A DNA stretch of 24,436 nt, taken from the IMG/VR virus record IMGVR_UViG_3300020042_000745, positions 1 to 24,436 of that record; one strand, given 5' to 3'. The notes beneath the pieces are model-generated. The model had not been told where the DNA came from, did not search any database, and saw only the letters and a program-made list of their open reading frames with translations. The position numbers and the translations under genes were made by a program. Positions 15,394 to 24,070 of the stretch are shown here, piece after piece (position 1 is the stretch's first letter; every line of letters starts with the position of its first letter). The DNA comes from a virus (Duplodnaviria; Caudoviricetes).

Positions 15394-17820
15394 ATGACAC
15401 TTAAGAAGCTTGCACTGAGGCCGGGAGTAAACCGGGAGAACACTCGTTACGCAAACGAAGGGGGTTGGTACGAGTCCGACAAGGTTCGTTTCCGTCAAGG
15501 TAATCCCGAAAAGATTGGCGGTTGGTCGCAATTCTCAAACTTAACTTTTTTAGGTGTATGCCGTTCTTTATGGAATTGGGTAACGCTGGCTGGTGAGAGT
15601 CTTATTGGTACTGGAACAAGCCTAAAGTTTTACATTAATCAAGGTGGTGTGTTCTTTGACATAACTCCCATTCGGAAAATTGTTAACCCCATGCTGGGGG
15701 CGTCTAGTTTAGGAAGCCCGTTTACTGCGGTAAATGGCTCCAGAATCATCACTGTTTTTGATACTAATCATGGTTGTACACCTGATTCTTTTGTAACTTT
15801 TAACGGTGCTACAGGTCTTGGCGGAGCTATTACCGCCGCAGTTTTAAACCAAGAGTATCAAATTACGGTCATTGATTTAAATCAATACACCATTACGACA
15901 GCGCCAACTGCTACTGCGGCTGATGCGGCTGGATCCCCCGGCGGTGGTGCAGTTGCTGTGGCTACGTATCAAATTAACTTAGCTACAGAAGTGCAAACGC
16001 CATTTACTGGCTGGGGTGGTGGCGGTTGGGGTAACGGTGGCTGGGGAACTAATCAAATTACTGGCGCTCAAATACAACTGTGGTCACAGTCTAATTTTGG
16101 TGAAGACTTAATCTTTGCCGCTATGGGCAGTACCATATATTACTGGAACGCCAACGTTCAATTACCCGGCCAAGATTTTACAGTCACTATTTCTAGCCCT
16201 GCCGTTTTAACGTTTGTTACCGCCCATAATTTAGTAGCTGGAGATGCACTTCAATTAATAACTACTGGAGCTTTGCCTACAGGTTTGATTGCAAACACTA
16301 CCTATTACGTAGACACAGTTGCATCCACCACAATACTAACTTTGCGTACATCTGCAACGGCATCTAGTGCTACTACTACGTTAACTGGAGTCTCAATTAC
16401 TGGCATTGCAGGGCAGTTTGCTTGTACTGCAATGTCTCCTGCGCTGGCAGTTGGGCAGTCTATTACCATTAGCGGTGTGTTCGGCGGCACAGGAACAATT
16501 ACAGGTTATGCCAATCCAACGACATATTTCATCATTGCGACCAACGGGTCTACCACGTTTACACTATCCACAACGGCTGGTGGTGCTGGTGTTGTAACCA
16601 CTGCGGGTACACCAACCGGTTTAACTTATACGCTATCTACTATTGTCAACACATCAGGTACTCAATCCGGCACTCAATCTTTATCAGTTAGGGGTATACC
16701 TTTAGAATCTTTAAGCGGTGCGTCTGATGTACCGATAGTGCAGAACTTAATTTTTATATCCGATGCCAGCCGATTTGTGTTTGCATTTGCTTGTAATGAC
16801 TATGGGAGTACGCTTCAAGACCCTATGTTAATTCGTTGGTGTGACCAAGAATCAGCCATTAATTGGACACCTTCTGCAACCAACCAAGCAGGTAGTATTC
16901 GCTTGTCTCATGGCTCAAAAATTATTGCGGCTATCCAGACCCGTCAAGAGATTGTAGTTTGGACTGATTCTGCGGTTTATTCTTTACAGTATCAAGGCTC
17001 ACCAGTGGTGTGGAGCGTTCAGCTTTTAGGTGATAACGTTTCTATTCTTGGCCCTAACGCAGTGGCTCAAGCGTCTGGTATTGTGTACTGGATGGGCATA
17101 GATAAGTTCTACATGTATGACGGACGCATCCAAACATTAAACTGTGATTTGCGTAAGTACATTTATCAAGACATTGATTTAAGCCAAAACCTTCAAGTGT
17201 TTGCTAGTACTAACGAGGGCTTTAACGAAGTCTGGTGGTTCTATTGCTCTGAGGGTAGCACTTTAATTGACAAGTACGTGATATTTAACTATCTTGAAAC
17301 AAACCCAGCAGGCGGTAAAGGTGTGTGGTATTACGGCAACATGGCCCGCACAGCTTGGTTAGACTCTGGTATTCAAGATTACCCAATTGCCGCCACATAC
17401 AACGGATATATTGTGCTCCATGAGTTTGGCGTAGATGATAATGAACTTACAACGCCAGCCCCCATTGTGGCCTATATTTCTTCTTCTGAGTTTGACATTG
17501 ACGACGGAGATAAGTTTGGATTTATTTGGCGCATGTTGCCTGACTTAACATTTGCTGGGTCTTCTGCAAGTGTAACTCCGCAACTTACGTTGACTTTGTA
17601 CCCCATGCAAAACTCAGGTTCAGGTACGGGCACTGCTGTGACTGCCGATGTGGATAAATTAACTGGCGCTTCCTACGTAGTTACAGAAGGTTTTACGGGT
17701 CAAGTAAACACTAGGGTTCGTGGCCGCCAGATTATATTTGAAGCAGGGTCTGATACCCTTGGCACTACGTGGCAACTTGGTGCTACCCGTATCGACATTA
17801 AACCAGACGGGCGCAGATAA
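15394..17820 (+). CDS. Tail nozzle / head-stabilisation protein (P22 gp10 / tubular-B-like) with inserted beta domains (808 aa)
   Basis: PGVNRE...W...DKVRFR.G.PEKIGGW N-terminus; propeller-like core (IRWCDQE..NW.P.ATNQAG, VYWMG.DKFY.YDG, FNEVWWFY); ends RVRGRQ...W.LG.TRIDIKPDGRR. Confidence 0.75.
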   Translation: MTLKKLALRPGVNRENTRYANEGGWYESDKVRFRQGNPEKIGGWSQFSNLTFLGVCRSLWNWVTLAGESLIGTGTSLKFYINQGGVFFDITPIRKIVNPMLGASSLGSPFTAVNGSRIITVFDTNHGCTPDSFVTFNGATGLGGAITAAVLNQEYQITVIDLNQYTITTAPTATAADAAGSPGGGAVAVATYQINLATEVQTPFTGWGGGGWGNGGWGTNQITGAQIQLWSQSNFGEDLIFAAMGSTIYYWNANVQLPGQDFTVTISSPAVLTFVTAHNLVAGDALQLITTGALPTGLIANTTYYVDTVASTTILTLRTSATASSATTTLTGVSITGIAGQFACTAMSPALAVGQSITISGVFGGTGTITGYANPTTYFIIATNGSTTFTLSTTAGGAGVVTTAGTPTGLTYTLSTIVNTSGTQSGTQSLSVRGIPLESLSGASDVPIVQNLIFISDASRFVFAFACNDYGSTLQDPMLIRWCDQESAINWTPSATNQAGSIRLSHGSKIIAAIQTRQEIVVWTDSAVYSLQYQGSPVVWSVQLLGDNVSILGPNAVAQASGIVYWMGIDKFYMYDGRIQTLNCDLRKYIYQDIDLSQNLQVFASTNEGFNEVWWFYCSEGSTLIDKYVIFNYLETNPAGGKGVWYYGNMARTAWLDSGIQDYPIAATYNGYIVLHEFGVDDNELTTPAPIVAYISSSEFDIDDGDKFGFIWRMLPDLTFAGSSASVTPQLTLTLYPMQNSGSGTGTAVTADVDKLTGASYVVTEGFTGQVNTRVRGRQIIFEAGSDTLGTTWQLGATRIDIKPDGRR

Positions 17821-18167
17821 TGACTTTAATTGTCACTTCTGACTTTGAACTTAATCAGGTAGCTTCGCCTAACTTGCCGTTGTCTCCAATTGAGTATGAC
17901 CGGCGGTATACCGAACAGCTAAACAACGTGCTTCGCCTGTACTTCAACAGGATTGATTCTATTTTGAATCAGTTAAAAACAAACAGCATTATCCCGCCTT
18001 TTACAAATTACACAGTGGCTACGTTACCTAGCGCAGTTACATCTGGCACGGGCGCAAGGTCTTTTGTTACTGATGCTTTAGGCCCAGCGTTTGGGGCTAC
18101 CGTTGCGGCTGGTGGGGCTATTGCTGTACCTGTATATTCCGATGGCACAAATTGGAAGGTCGGATAA
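17820..18167 (+). CDS. Putative tail needle / short fibre-like protein (115 aa)
   Basis: PNLPL.P.EY...LNNVLRLYFN helix followed by the fibre-tip-like motif TVATLPSA....GAR.FVTDA...PVYSDGTNW; TAATG coupling on both sides. Confidence 0.6.
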   Translation: MTLIVTSDFELNQVASPNLPLSPIEYDRRYTEQLNNVLRLYFNRIDSILNQLKTNSIIPPFTNYTVATLPSAVTSGTGARSFVTDALGPAFGATVAAGGAIAVPVYSDGTNWKVG

Positions 18168-19726
18168 TGGCAATAACACTAGAAGAACTTAAAAAGATGT
18201 ACGCCGAAAAAGGCGGTACTACACAACGTATTACACAATCTGGTGAGGCTGGGGACGTTATTGATTACCTTACCAATGATTTAGGCGAAGGTTTTTCGGC
18301 AAGAGAAGACCAACCTATCATTGGGTATGAAGGTCAAGGCATGGATGCCACCCCTATTCTCGGTGATAAAGTTTTAAGTGGTTTTACGCAAGCAAAAGAT
18401 GGCATGGATTATTTTTATGATCCAGAAGGTGTCTTTCAAGGTTCACGAAAATCACAAGAGGCTGATACATTTTGGGACACTTTTGGCCCATTGATTATGG
18501 GTGCAATCACGATGGGTGGTGGCGGAGCGTTTCTTGGGAACAGTCTATTTGGACTTACAGGTACAGCGGCGGCTGGTGCTGGCGGTGCTTTAGCGGGTGG
18601 TGTAAACGCCGCTTTAACTGATCAAAACATCCTCACAGGCGCATTAAAGGGTGGCGTAGGTGGTGCTGGAGCTATGGAGCTTGGTAATACAGGCTTTACT
18701 CTTAGTGATGTTAATAAAGCAATTAACTTTGCTAAAGATCCTACATTAGCAGGAGCGGTAAATCTTGCCTCCCCTTATGTAACCACTAACTTTGATATTG
18801 GTGATACAGGTTTTACCACCAACGATGTGCTTAAAGGCGTTAATACAATTCAAGCTTTAGGTAGCGGTGATGACAAAAAAATCTTTGACACTATTACAGG
18901 TTTAGCTAAAGGAACGGACTTTAGCAGTCTAACCGCAACCGAAAAGGCGGAACGTGATGCAAATCGAGAAACAGCACGTTTAAACAGGATTGAAGATGCA
19001 GTTTTAAACCAGCCAGCTTCTGATGATGGAACAACGGCAGGTATTCTTAATTTAATCAATGAGATGTATCCAGCCGCAGACATTAAAGGCATGTCGCAAG
19101 GCGATTTGGCTAAGTTCCTTGAAGCCAATATGGATGACATTCAAGGTTCTGCGGAACTTGAGACTTTGCTTAGAGGTCAGACAACCGCAGATGAGGGAAC
19201 TGTTACCGTAACTGGCGATAGGCCTACAGGACTTGGCGACTTTATGGTTCCCACCACAGACACGCCTAAGGGAAATGTAATTCCAGCAGACACTCCTGAG
19301 GAGTTGATTATTACAGGCGACCGTCCTGCACCGTACATCTCAAACCTCAGAACCAAAACGATTAAATCAGACATCCCTGATGAATTGACTCCGGATGATA
19401 TTGATAAGCTGTTCCCCGATATTGACTTCAATGACATCTTGCAGACTGTTACACCGGGCGGCACAAAGACTGTCACCCCAACTAAAACTGTTGTTCCTGC
19501 AACCGTCACACCTAAAGTTACCGTACCGGGCACAAAGACCGCAGAACAGTCTTTGGCAAATCTTGGTTTAAACGCACCAATGCCTAGCCAAGATCCCTAT
19601 GCCAATATAAAATTGATGGAAGAGTTGTTTGGCGGGGATACAGCTTACAAACTACGGGCGCTTGGAGCGCCTAAAAACTTAGCATCTGCTGATATAGATG
19701 CTCTTGCAAGAATGTTAAGGGGTTAA
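18167..19726 (+). CDS. Putative internal virion / ejection protein (~519 aa)
   Basis: Probable start is ATG 18167 (TAATG overlap). Gly/Ala-rich hydrophobic segment (FGPLIMGAITMGGGGAFLG...AAAGAGGALAGG), acidic and Pro/Thr-rich C-terminal half; located after the nozzle gene. Confidence 0.6.
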   Translation: MAITLEELKKMYAEKGGTTQRITQSGEAGDVIDYLTNDLGEGFSAREDQPIIGYEGQGMDATPILGDKVLSGFTQAKDGMDYFYDPEGVFQGSRKSQEADTFWDTFGPLIMGAITMGGGGAFLGNSLFGLTGTAAAGAGGALAGGVNAALTDQNILTGALKGGVGGAGAMELGNTGFTLSDVNKAINFAKDPTLAGAVNLASPYVTTNFDIGDTGFTTNDVLKGVNTIQALGSGDDKKIFDTITGLAKGTDFSSLTATEKAERDANRETARLNRIEDAVLNQPASDDGTTAGILNLINEMYPAADIKGMSQGDLAKFLEANMDDIQGSAELETLLRGQTTADEGTVTVTGDRPTGLGDFMVPTTDTPKGNVIPADTPEELIITGDRPAPYISNLRTKTIKSDIPDELTPDDIDKLFPDIDFNDILQTVTPGGTKTVTPTKTVVPATVTPKVTVPGTKTAEQSLANLGLNAPMPSQDPYANIKLMEELFGGDTAYKLRALGAPKNLASADIDALARMLRG

Positions 19727-19728
19727 AT

Positions 19729-22650
19729 ATGTCTGTTGATTTAAATTTTGGTGAGTATGATCCCGGTAGTACAAGTACATTTATAGATCCAGCAAGTGAT
19801 CCAAATACCAACCCAAATGTTGCTGGTGACGCTAACTCACCTGTTAAACGCGGTGATGTTTTTGTTAATCAAACACCTATTGCTACTGATTTATCCTCTA
19901 GCATAGCCGGGTTAAAGAAGTTTGCAACCGACAACAAAGCATGGTTAGCCACGGCAGGTGCTTTAACCAGTGCCTTTGGCGGCGGTACAGACGCTGATAA
20001 AAAGACAGGCTACCAAGGGGGCATACCTGCGTTAGCCGCTTCTCGCTCCATGATTGCCGCTCCCCTTACCCGTGCACAGGGATACCGTCCGGGCGCAGGC
20101 GGTATTGATTATGGCGGTGATGTAAGTTATACAGCAAACCCCGGAGCAAATCCTTTTATTAACTTATCTGGCACTTCTGGCTCTGCGGCTGGTGCTAATT
20201 TAAGCGGCACAACTACCCCCGGAGGAACAGTTGTAACTTCCGGTGGTACAACGGTTGTTCCCGGCGGTACAAAAGTTGTTTCTGGTGGCGCGGGTGTCAC
20301 AACGGTTAAAGGCGGCACAGGTGTTGACACCATTAAAGGTGGCACAACTGTTGACACAATCAAAGGCGGGACAACTGTTGACACAATTACAGGAGCCAAA
20401 GGTAACGATACCATTACCAAAAATCTAGGCTCTAAAGGCTATCAAGATGCCATGAAAGCGGGTTTAACTCCTGCTCAATATTTGAACAATATTAATCAAT
20501 ATCTTATTGATAATCCCCGTGCAAGTCTTGATCAAATTAACGCCGTCATGAAACAATTTGGTGTAAGTCAAGAAGATTTGCAAGAAGCTCTTCGCACTTC
20601 AACATTTTCAGATTACACCAAGTTTGGTTTAACTCATGGTCAAGGTTTGCAAGAGTTAAACTTTAAAATTGCTGACTGGATTGGAAAAAACCCATACGCA
20701 ACAAACGATCAAATCCAAACCGCCATGAAAGCCGCAAGGGTTAACGATGAAGATATTGCCCGTGGTTTAAACGCACTATCAGCTTCTGCTGGTAAAGAGT
20801 ACGCAATCATCAACGACATGGGTTTAGATCAGTTGTACAAGAATATCTTGGACTATCAAGCCGCAGGTAATTCACCTGAAGAAATTGCGGCGGCATTAAA
20901 GGCCACAGGACTTGAACAGCGAGATATCAACAAAGCTAATCAGTACGCAAAAGAGACAGGTTATGTAGCCAATCCCAAGTCTGCGGCGGGCACTCAAGAC
21001 TTTCCTGTTAGCAACAATGTTGTACAACCCCCAGTTTTTAATCCAGTGGCTGACGTTGTAGCAACCCCCACTCCAGTGGCTGACGTTGTAAAAGAAACAC
21101 CCGCCGCTCCGGTTGTTCAAAATACCACGCCCGACAACTCAGCCAAGCTTAGTGAGATCTATCAGTACTTTGCTGATCCTTCAACACAAGCCGCACTTGC
21201 ATCCGGTGATACACGGAGTATTGCTGAAACAATGCAAGCATTAGGCTATTCCCCTGCCGAAGTGGCACAGGCTACAGGCACAAATGTGGCCGATGTTCAG
21301 ACGGCATATGATGCCGCTTTAGGTATAGGACAACAAGATAGCTACTTGTATAGGGCTACAGGTGGTTATTTAGGATACGCCGACGGCGGAGAAATTGCTA
21401 TGGCTAAAGGTCGTTACCTTCAAGGCAATACAGATGGCATGGCAGACAAACTGCCCGCTAGGATTGGTCGTGATCAACCTGCCGCTCTAAGTCACGGTGA
21501 GTTTGTTATCCCTGCGGATGTAGTTTCCCACATGGGTAACGGCAACTCGGATGCCGGAGCTAAGAAACTTTACCAAATGATGGACAAAATTCGTATGGCA
21601 CGTACTGGAAACAAAAAACAAGGCAAGAAGATTAATCCTGATAAATTCATGCCCGGTGGTTTGGCCCAAGCCTATGCTAATGGTGGTTCTGTTAAACATT
21701 TTCAAGAAGGCGGTGCAACAGCCGCTAAAAATTACAGCGCAGGCCTTACAGGTGTTGAATCTAACCTATCCAACTGGGCAGGCCCATATGTAACTAACAT
21801 GCTTGGTCAAGGCCAAGCCTTGGCTAACATGCCTTATCAGGCATACATGGGTCAGCTATCTGCGGGCGAGTCTCCTTTGCAGACTGGTGCATTTAGCACT
21901 GCCTCCGGTCTTACGACACCGTCTAGCATTGGTAATGCGGCTACAACTGCTGGGACTATTGCTACAGATGCATCAAAATTAGCTTACTCACCCACAACCA
22001 CATCGTTTAATGCCGCACAGGCTACAAACTACATGAACCCCTACTTGGAGGCTTCTTTAAAGCCTCAATTAGATGAAGCTCGCCGTCAGTCTCAGGTTAC
22101 TCAGCAACAAAATGCCGCCAAAATGACTCAGGCAGGTGCTTTTGGTGGTTCACGCGGAGCCATTCTGGACGCTGAAACCCAGCGTAATTTGGGTAGCAAC
22201 CTAGCCAACATCACGGGCACTGGATACGCCAATGCTTATGACAAAGCTACCCAGCAGTTCAATGCTGATCAAACTCGTAAGATGCAAGAAGCTCAGTACG
22301 GTGCAGGTTTCGGTTTGCAGGGTCTACAGACAGGCCTACAAGCCGCGCAAGCTCAAGGCTCTCTTGGTGTTCAACAGAGTCAGGCTGACATTAATAAACT
22401 CAATGCACAACTGACCGCTGGTGGTCAACAACGTGGTATTGAGTCTGAAGGTATTGCCGCAGACAAGGCTCAGTTTGAAGAAGCTAGGGCTAATCCTTAT
22501 AAGATGATTCAGTACCAACAGTCCTTGTTGCAAGGCTTACCATTGGCCGCTCAGAGCTATCAGGGTATTGAGCCTTCTGCGTTGTTGAAAGCTTCTCAAG
22601 GTGCTTCCACCGTTAATGCTTTGTTAAAGAACCTTGGCCTTATCTCTTAA
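19729..22650 (+). CDS. Large mosaic internal virion / DNA-pilot-like protein (973 aa)
   Basis: Modules: Gly/Thr nonapeptide repeats, helical repeats, a GNTDGMAD..PA...LSHGEFVIPADVVS.MGNG.S.AGAK.L domain, and a Gln/Ala/Gly-rich C-terminal region (YMNPY...AGAFGGSR). Confidence 0.65.
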   Translation: MSVDLNFGEYDPGSTSTFIDPASDPNTNPNVAGDANSPVKRGDVFVNQTPIATDLSSSIAGLKKFATDNKAWLATAGALTSAFGGGTDADKKTGYQGGIPALAASRSMIAAPLTRAQGYRPGAGGIDYGGDVSYTANPGANPFINLSGTSGSAAGANLSGTTTPGGTVVTSGGTTVVPGGTKVVSGGAGVTTVKGGTGVDTIKGGTTVDTIKGGTTVDTITGAKGNDTITKNLGSKGYQDAMKAGLTPAQYLNNINQYLIDNPRASLDQINAVMKQFGVSQEDLQEALRTSTFSDYTKFGLTHGQGLQELNFKIADWIGKNPYATNDQIQTAMKAARVNDEDIARGLNALSASAGKEYAIINDMGLDQLYKNILDYQAAGNSPEEIAAALKATGLEQRDINKANQYAKETGYVANPKSAAGTQDFPVSNNVVQPPVFNPVADVVATPTPVADVVKETPAAPVVQNTTPDNSAKLSEIYQYFADPSTQAALASGDTRSIAETMQALGYSPAEVAQATGTNVADVQTAYDAALGIGQQDSYLYRATGGYLGYADGGEIAMAKGRYLQGNTDGMADKLPARIGRDQPAALSHGEFVIPADVVSHMGNGNSDAGAKKLYQMMDKIRMARTGNKKQGKKINPDKFMPGGLAQAYANGGSVKHFQEGGATAAKNYSAGLTGVESNLSNWAGPYVTNMLGQGQALANMPYQAYMGQLSAGESPLQTGAFSTASGLTTPSSIGNAATTAGTIATDASKLAYSPTTTSFNAAQATNYMNPYLEASLKPQLDEARRQSQVTQQQNAAKMTQAGAFGGSRGAILDAETQRNLGSNLANITGTGYANAYDKATQQFNADQTRKMQEAQYGAGFGLQGLQTGLQAAQAQGSLGVQQSQADINKLNAQLTAGGQQRGIESEGIAADKAQFEEARANPYKMIQYQQSLLQGLPLAAQSYQGIEPSALLKASQGASTVNALLKNLGLIS
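20284..20418 (+). repeat. 27-bp coding tandem repeat x5 (GGAGVTTVK GGTGVDTIK GGTTVDTIK GGTTVDTIT GAKGNDTIT)
   Basis: Units start at 20284, 20311, 20338, 20365 and 20392. Confidence 0.85.
21042..21090 (+). repeat. 19-bp exact direct repeat TCCAGTGGCTGACGTTGTA with 30-bp period (PVADVV x2)
   Basis: Copies at 21042-21060 and 21072-21090. Confidence 0.85.
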
Positions 22651-22660
22651 GGATATCTAA

Positions 22661-24070
22661 ATGTTTACACCACCATCCGTCAATCAGATTGCCTCGGCGT
22701 ATAAAGGCAATCCTGCGCCTTTAGCTCAAAAAGTTGACCAAGACAGAAAGCAAAATGGTGGAATCCCTAGCGATCTGCGTCAGCTTATGGCTTTAAACGA
22801 CATTGCTCAAGGCAAAAAATCTGCTGGGGTTGACCAAGCGTTAAAGATTCCTACAAACATGCCTACTGTTGCACAGAATACCCAGCAACTGGCACAGCAA
22901 GCTTTGCAGGCTCGTATGCTTCAGCAGGTTCGTGAACAACAGCGTTTACAGCAAAAGCCCCCTACACTACCCCTTGGAACACCACAGCCTAAAGAACAGC
23001 CTCAAGGCATTGATAGCCTTGCCTCTAATGTAGGAGAATCCTATGCACATGGTGGTGTGGTTGCTTTCCAAGAAGGCGGCCCACCTCCAGACACAAGAAG
23101 CGCAGAGGACATCCTGCGTGAATCTATGCGTGTAAACGAAGAAGATAAACGACGGGCCGCTGTTGAGCGTCAAAGGGCTGAAATGGGCGCTCCAGATACA
23201 ACGCAGATTGACCGTTTAATTGCTGAGAACCAAGCACGTAAAGAGAAGCTTGCAGGCCCAAAACCGGGCTATGACGCAATGATGGAGTACTTAGAACAGA
23301 TTGCCATAGGCGGTGGACGCACATCTGCTGAGTCTGGTTCTCTTGGCGCTTCTCGCCAAAGAGCGTTGCAAAAAGCCCGTGAAACAGAACAGAGCACCCT
23401 GACAGACAAGATGATTGATCTGGCTCAGAGGAAGTCAGATGTTGGTTATCAATACAAGAAAGATCTGTTTCAAACAGGTAACGTTGCCGCTGAAGCCGCT
23501 ATCAAGCAGAAGTACGATGCGGCCATTTCTGTGGCTAGAACAGATCAAGAGAAGCTTAAGTTGGCTCAGGAAAGAGATCTTGAGCTTAAGAAGCTTGCTA
23601 TGGAGCGTGACAAAATTGGCGCTATGCGAATCAATCCAGCCTTGCAAATTGCAGAGGCAATTCAGAAAGCCAATCCAGATCGTTTAGCCGCTATCCGGGA
23701 AGGTGTTGCAAGCGTGTATGGAAACAAGACTGGTCAAACAGATGCCGCATTGCTTGGTGCATATAGGGACGAAATGAAAGACGCTACCGAGGCACACCAA
23801 AAAGATATGCGTCAGTTTCAAAAAAATGAAAAGCAAGCGTGGAAAGATGATTACGTTAAAAAACTTGATGGTATTAATAGAGAATATGCAAAGCATGGCA
23901 TTGGCCCATTAGCCTCTAAAGGTTTGCCTGCCGCCGTCCCACCTCCTAGCGCAACTCCTAGTGCACCCCCAACCGCTGGAGGATATACTGTTATGGCAGG
24001 AGGAATGGTTCACTCATTCCCAACCCAAGCGGCGGCTGATGCGTTTAAAAAAGCTAGTGGAGCAAAATAA
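22661..24070 (+). CDS. Putative internal virion protein, coiled-coil rich (469 aa)
   Basis: SD AAGGA; Gln/Glu/Lys/Ala-rich helical composition; YAHGG/FQEGG motif pair; Pro-rich linker and C-terminal HSFPTQAAADAFKK module. Confidence 0.65.
   Translation: MFTPPSVNQIASAYKGNPAPLAQKVDQDRKQNGGIPSDLRQLMALNDIAQGKKSAGVDQALKIPTNMPTVAQNTQQLAQQALQARMLQQVREQQRLQQKPPTLPLGTPQPKEQPQGIDSLASNVGESYAHGGVVAFQEGGPPPDTRSAEDILRESMRVNEEDKRRAAVERQRAEMGAPDTTQIDRLIAENQARKEKLAGPKPGYDAMMEYLEQIAIGGGRTSAESGSLGASRQRALQKARETEQSTLTDKMIDLAQRKSDVGYQYKKDLFQTGNVAAEAAIKQKYDAAISVARTDQEKLKLAQERDLELKKLAMERDKIGAMRINPALQIAEAIQKANPDRLAAIREGVASVYGNKTGQTDAALLGAYRDEMKDATEAHQKDMRQFQKNEKQAWKDDYVKKLDGINREYAKHGIGPLASKGLPAAVPPPSATPSAPPTAGGYTVMAGGMVHSFPTQAAADAFKKASGAK

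Noticed and set aside
18152-18166. TTG start at 18152 for the 524-aa ORF
   Set aside because: ATG 18167 forms a TAATG overlap like those at 3343, 17820 and 24070.
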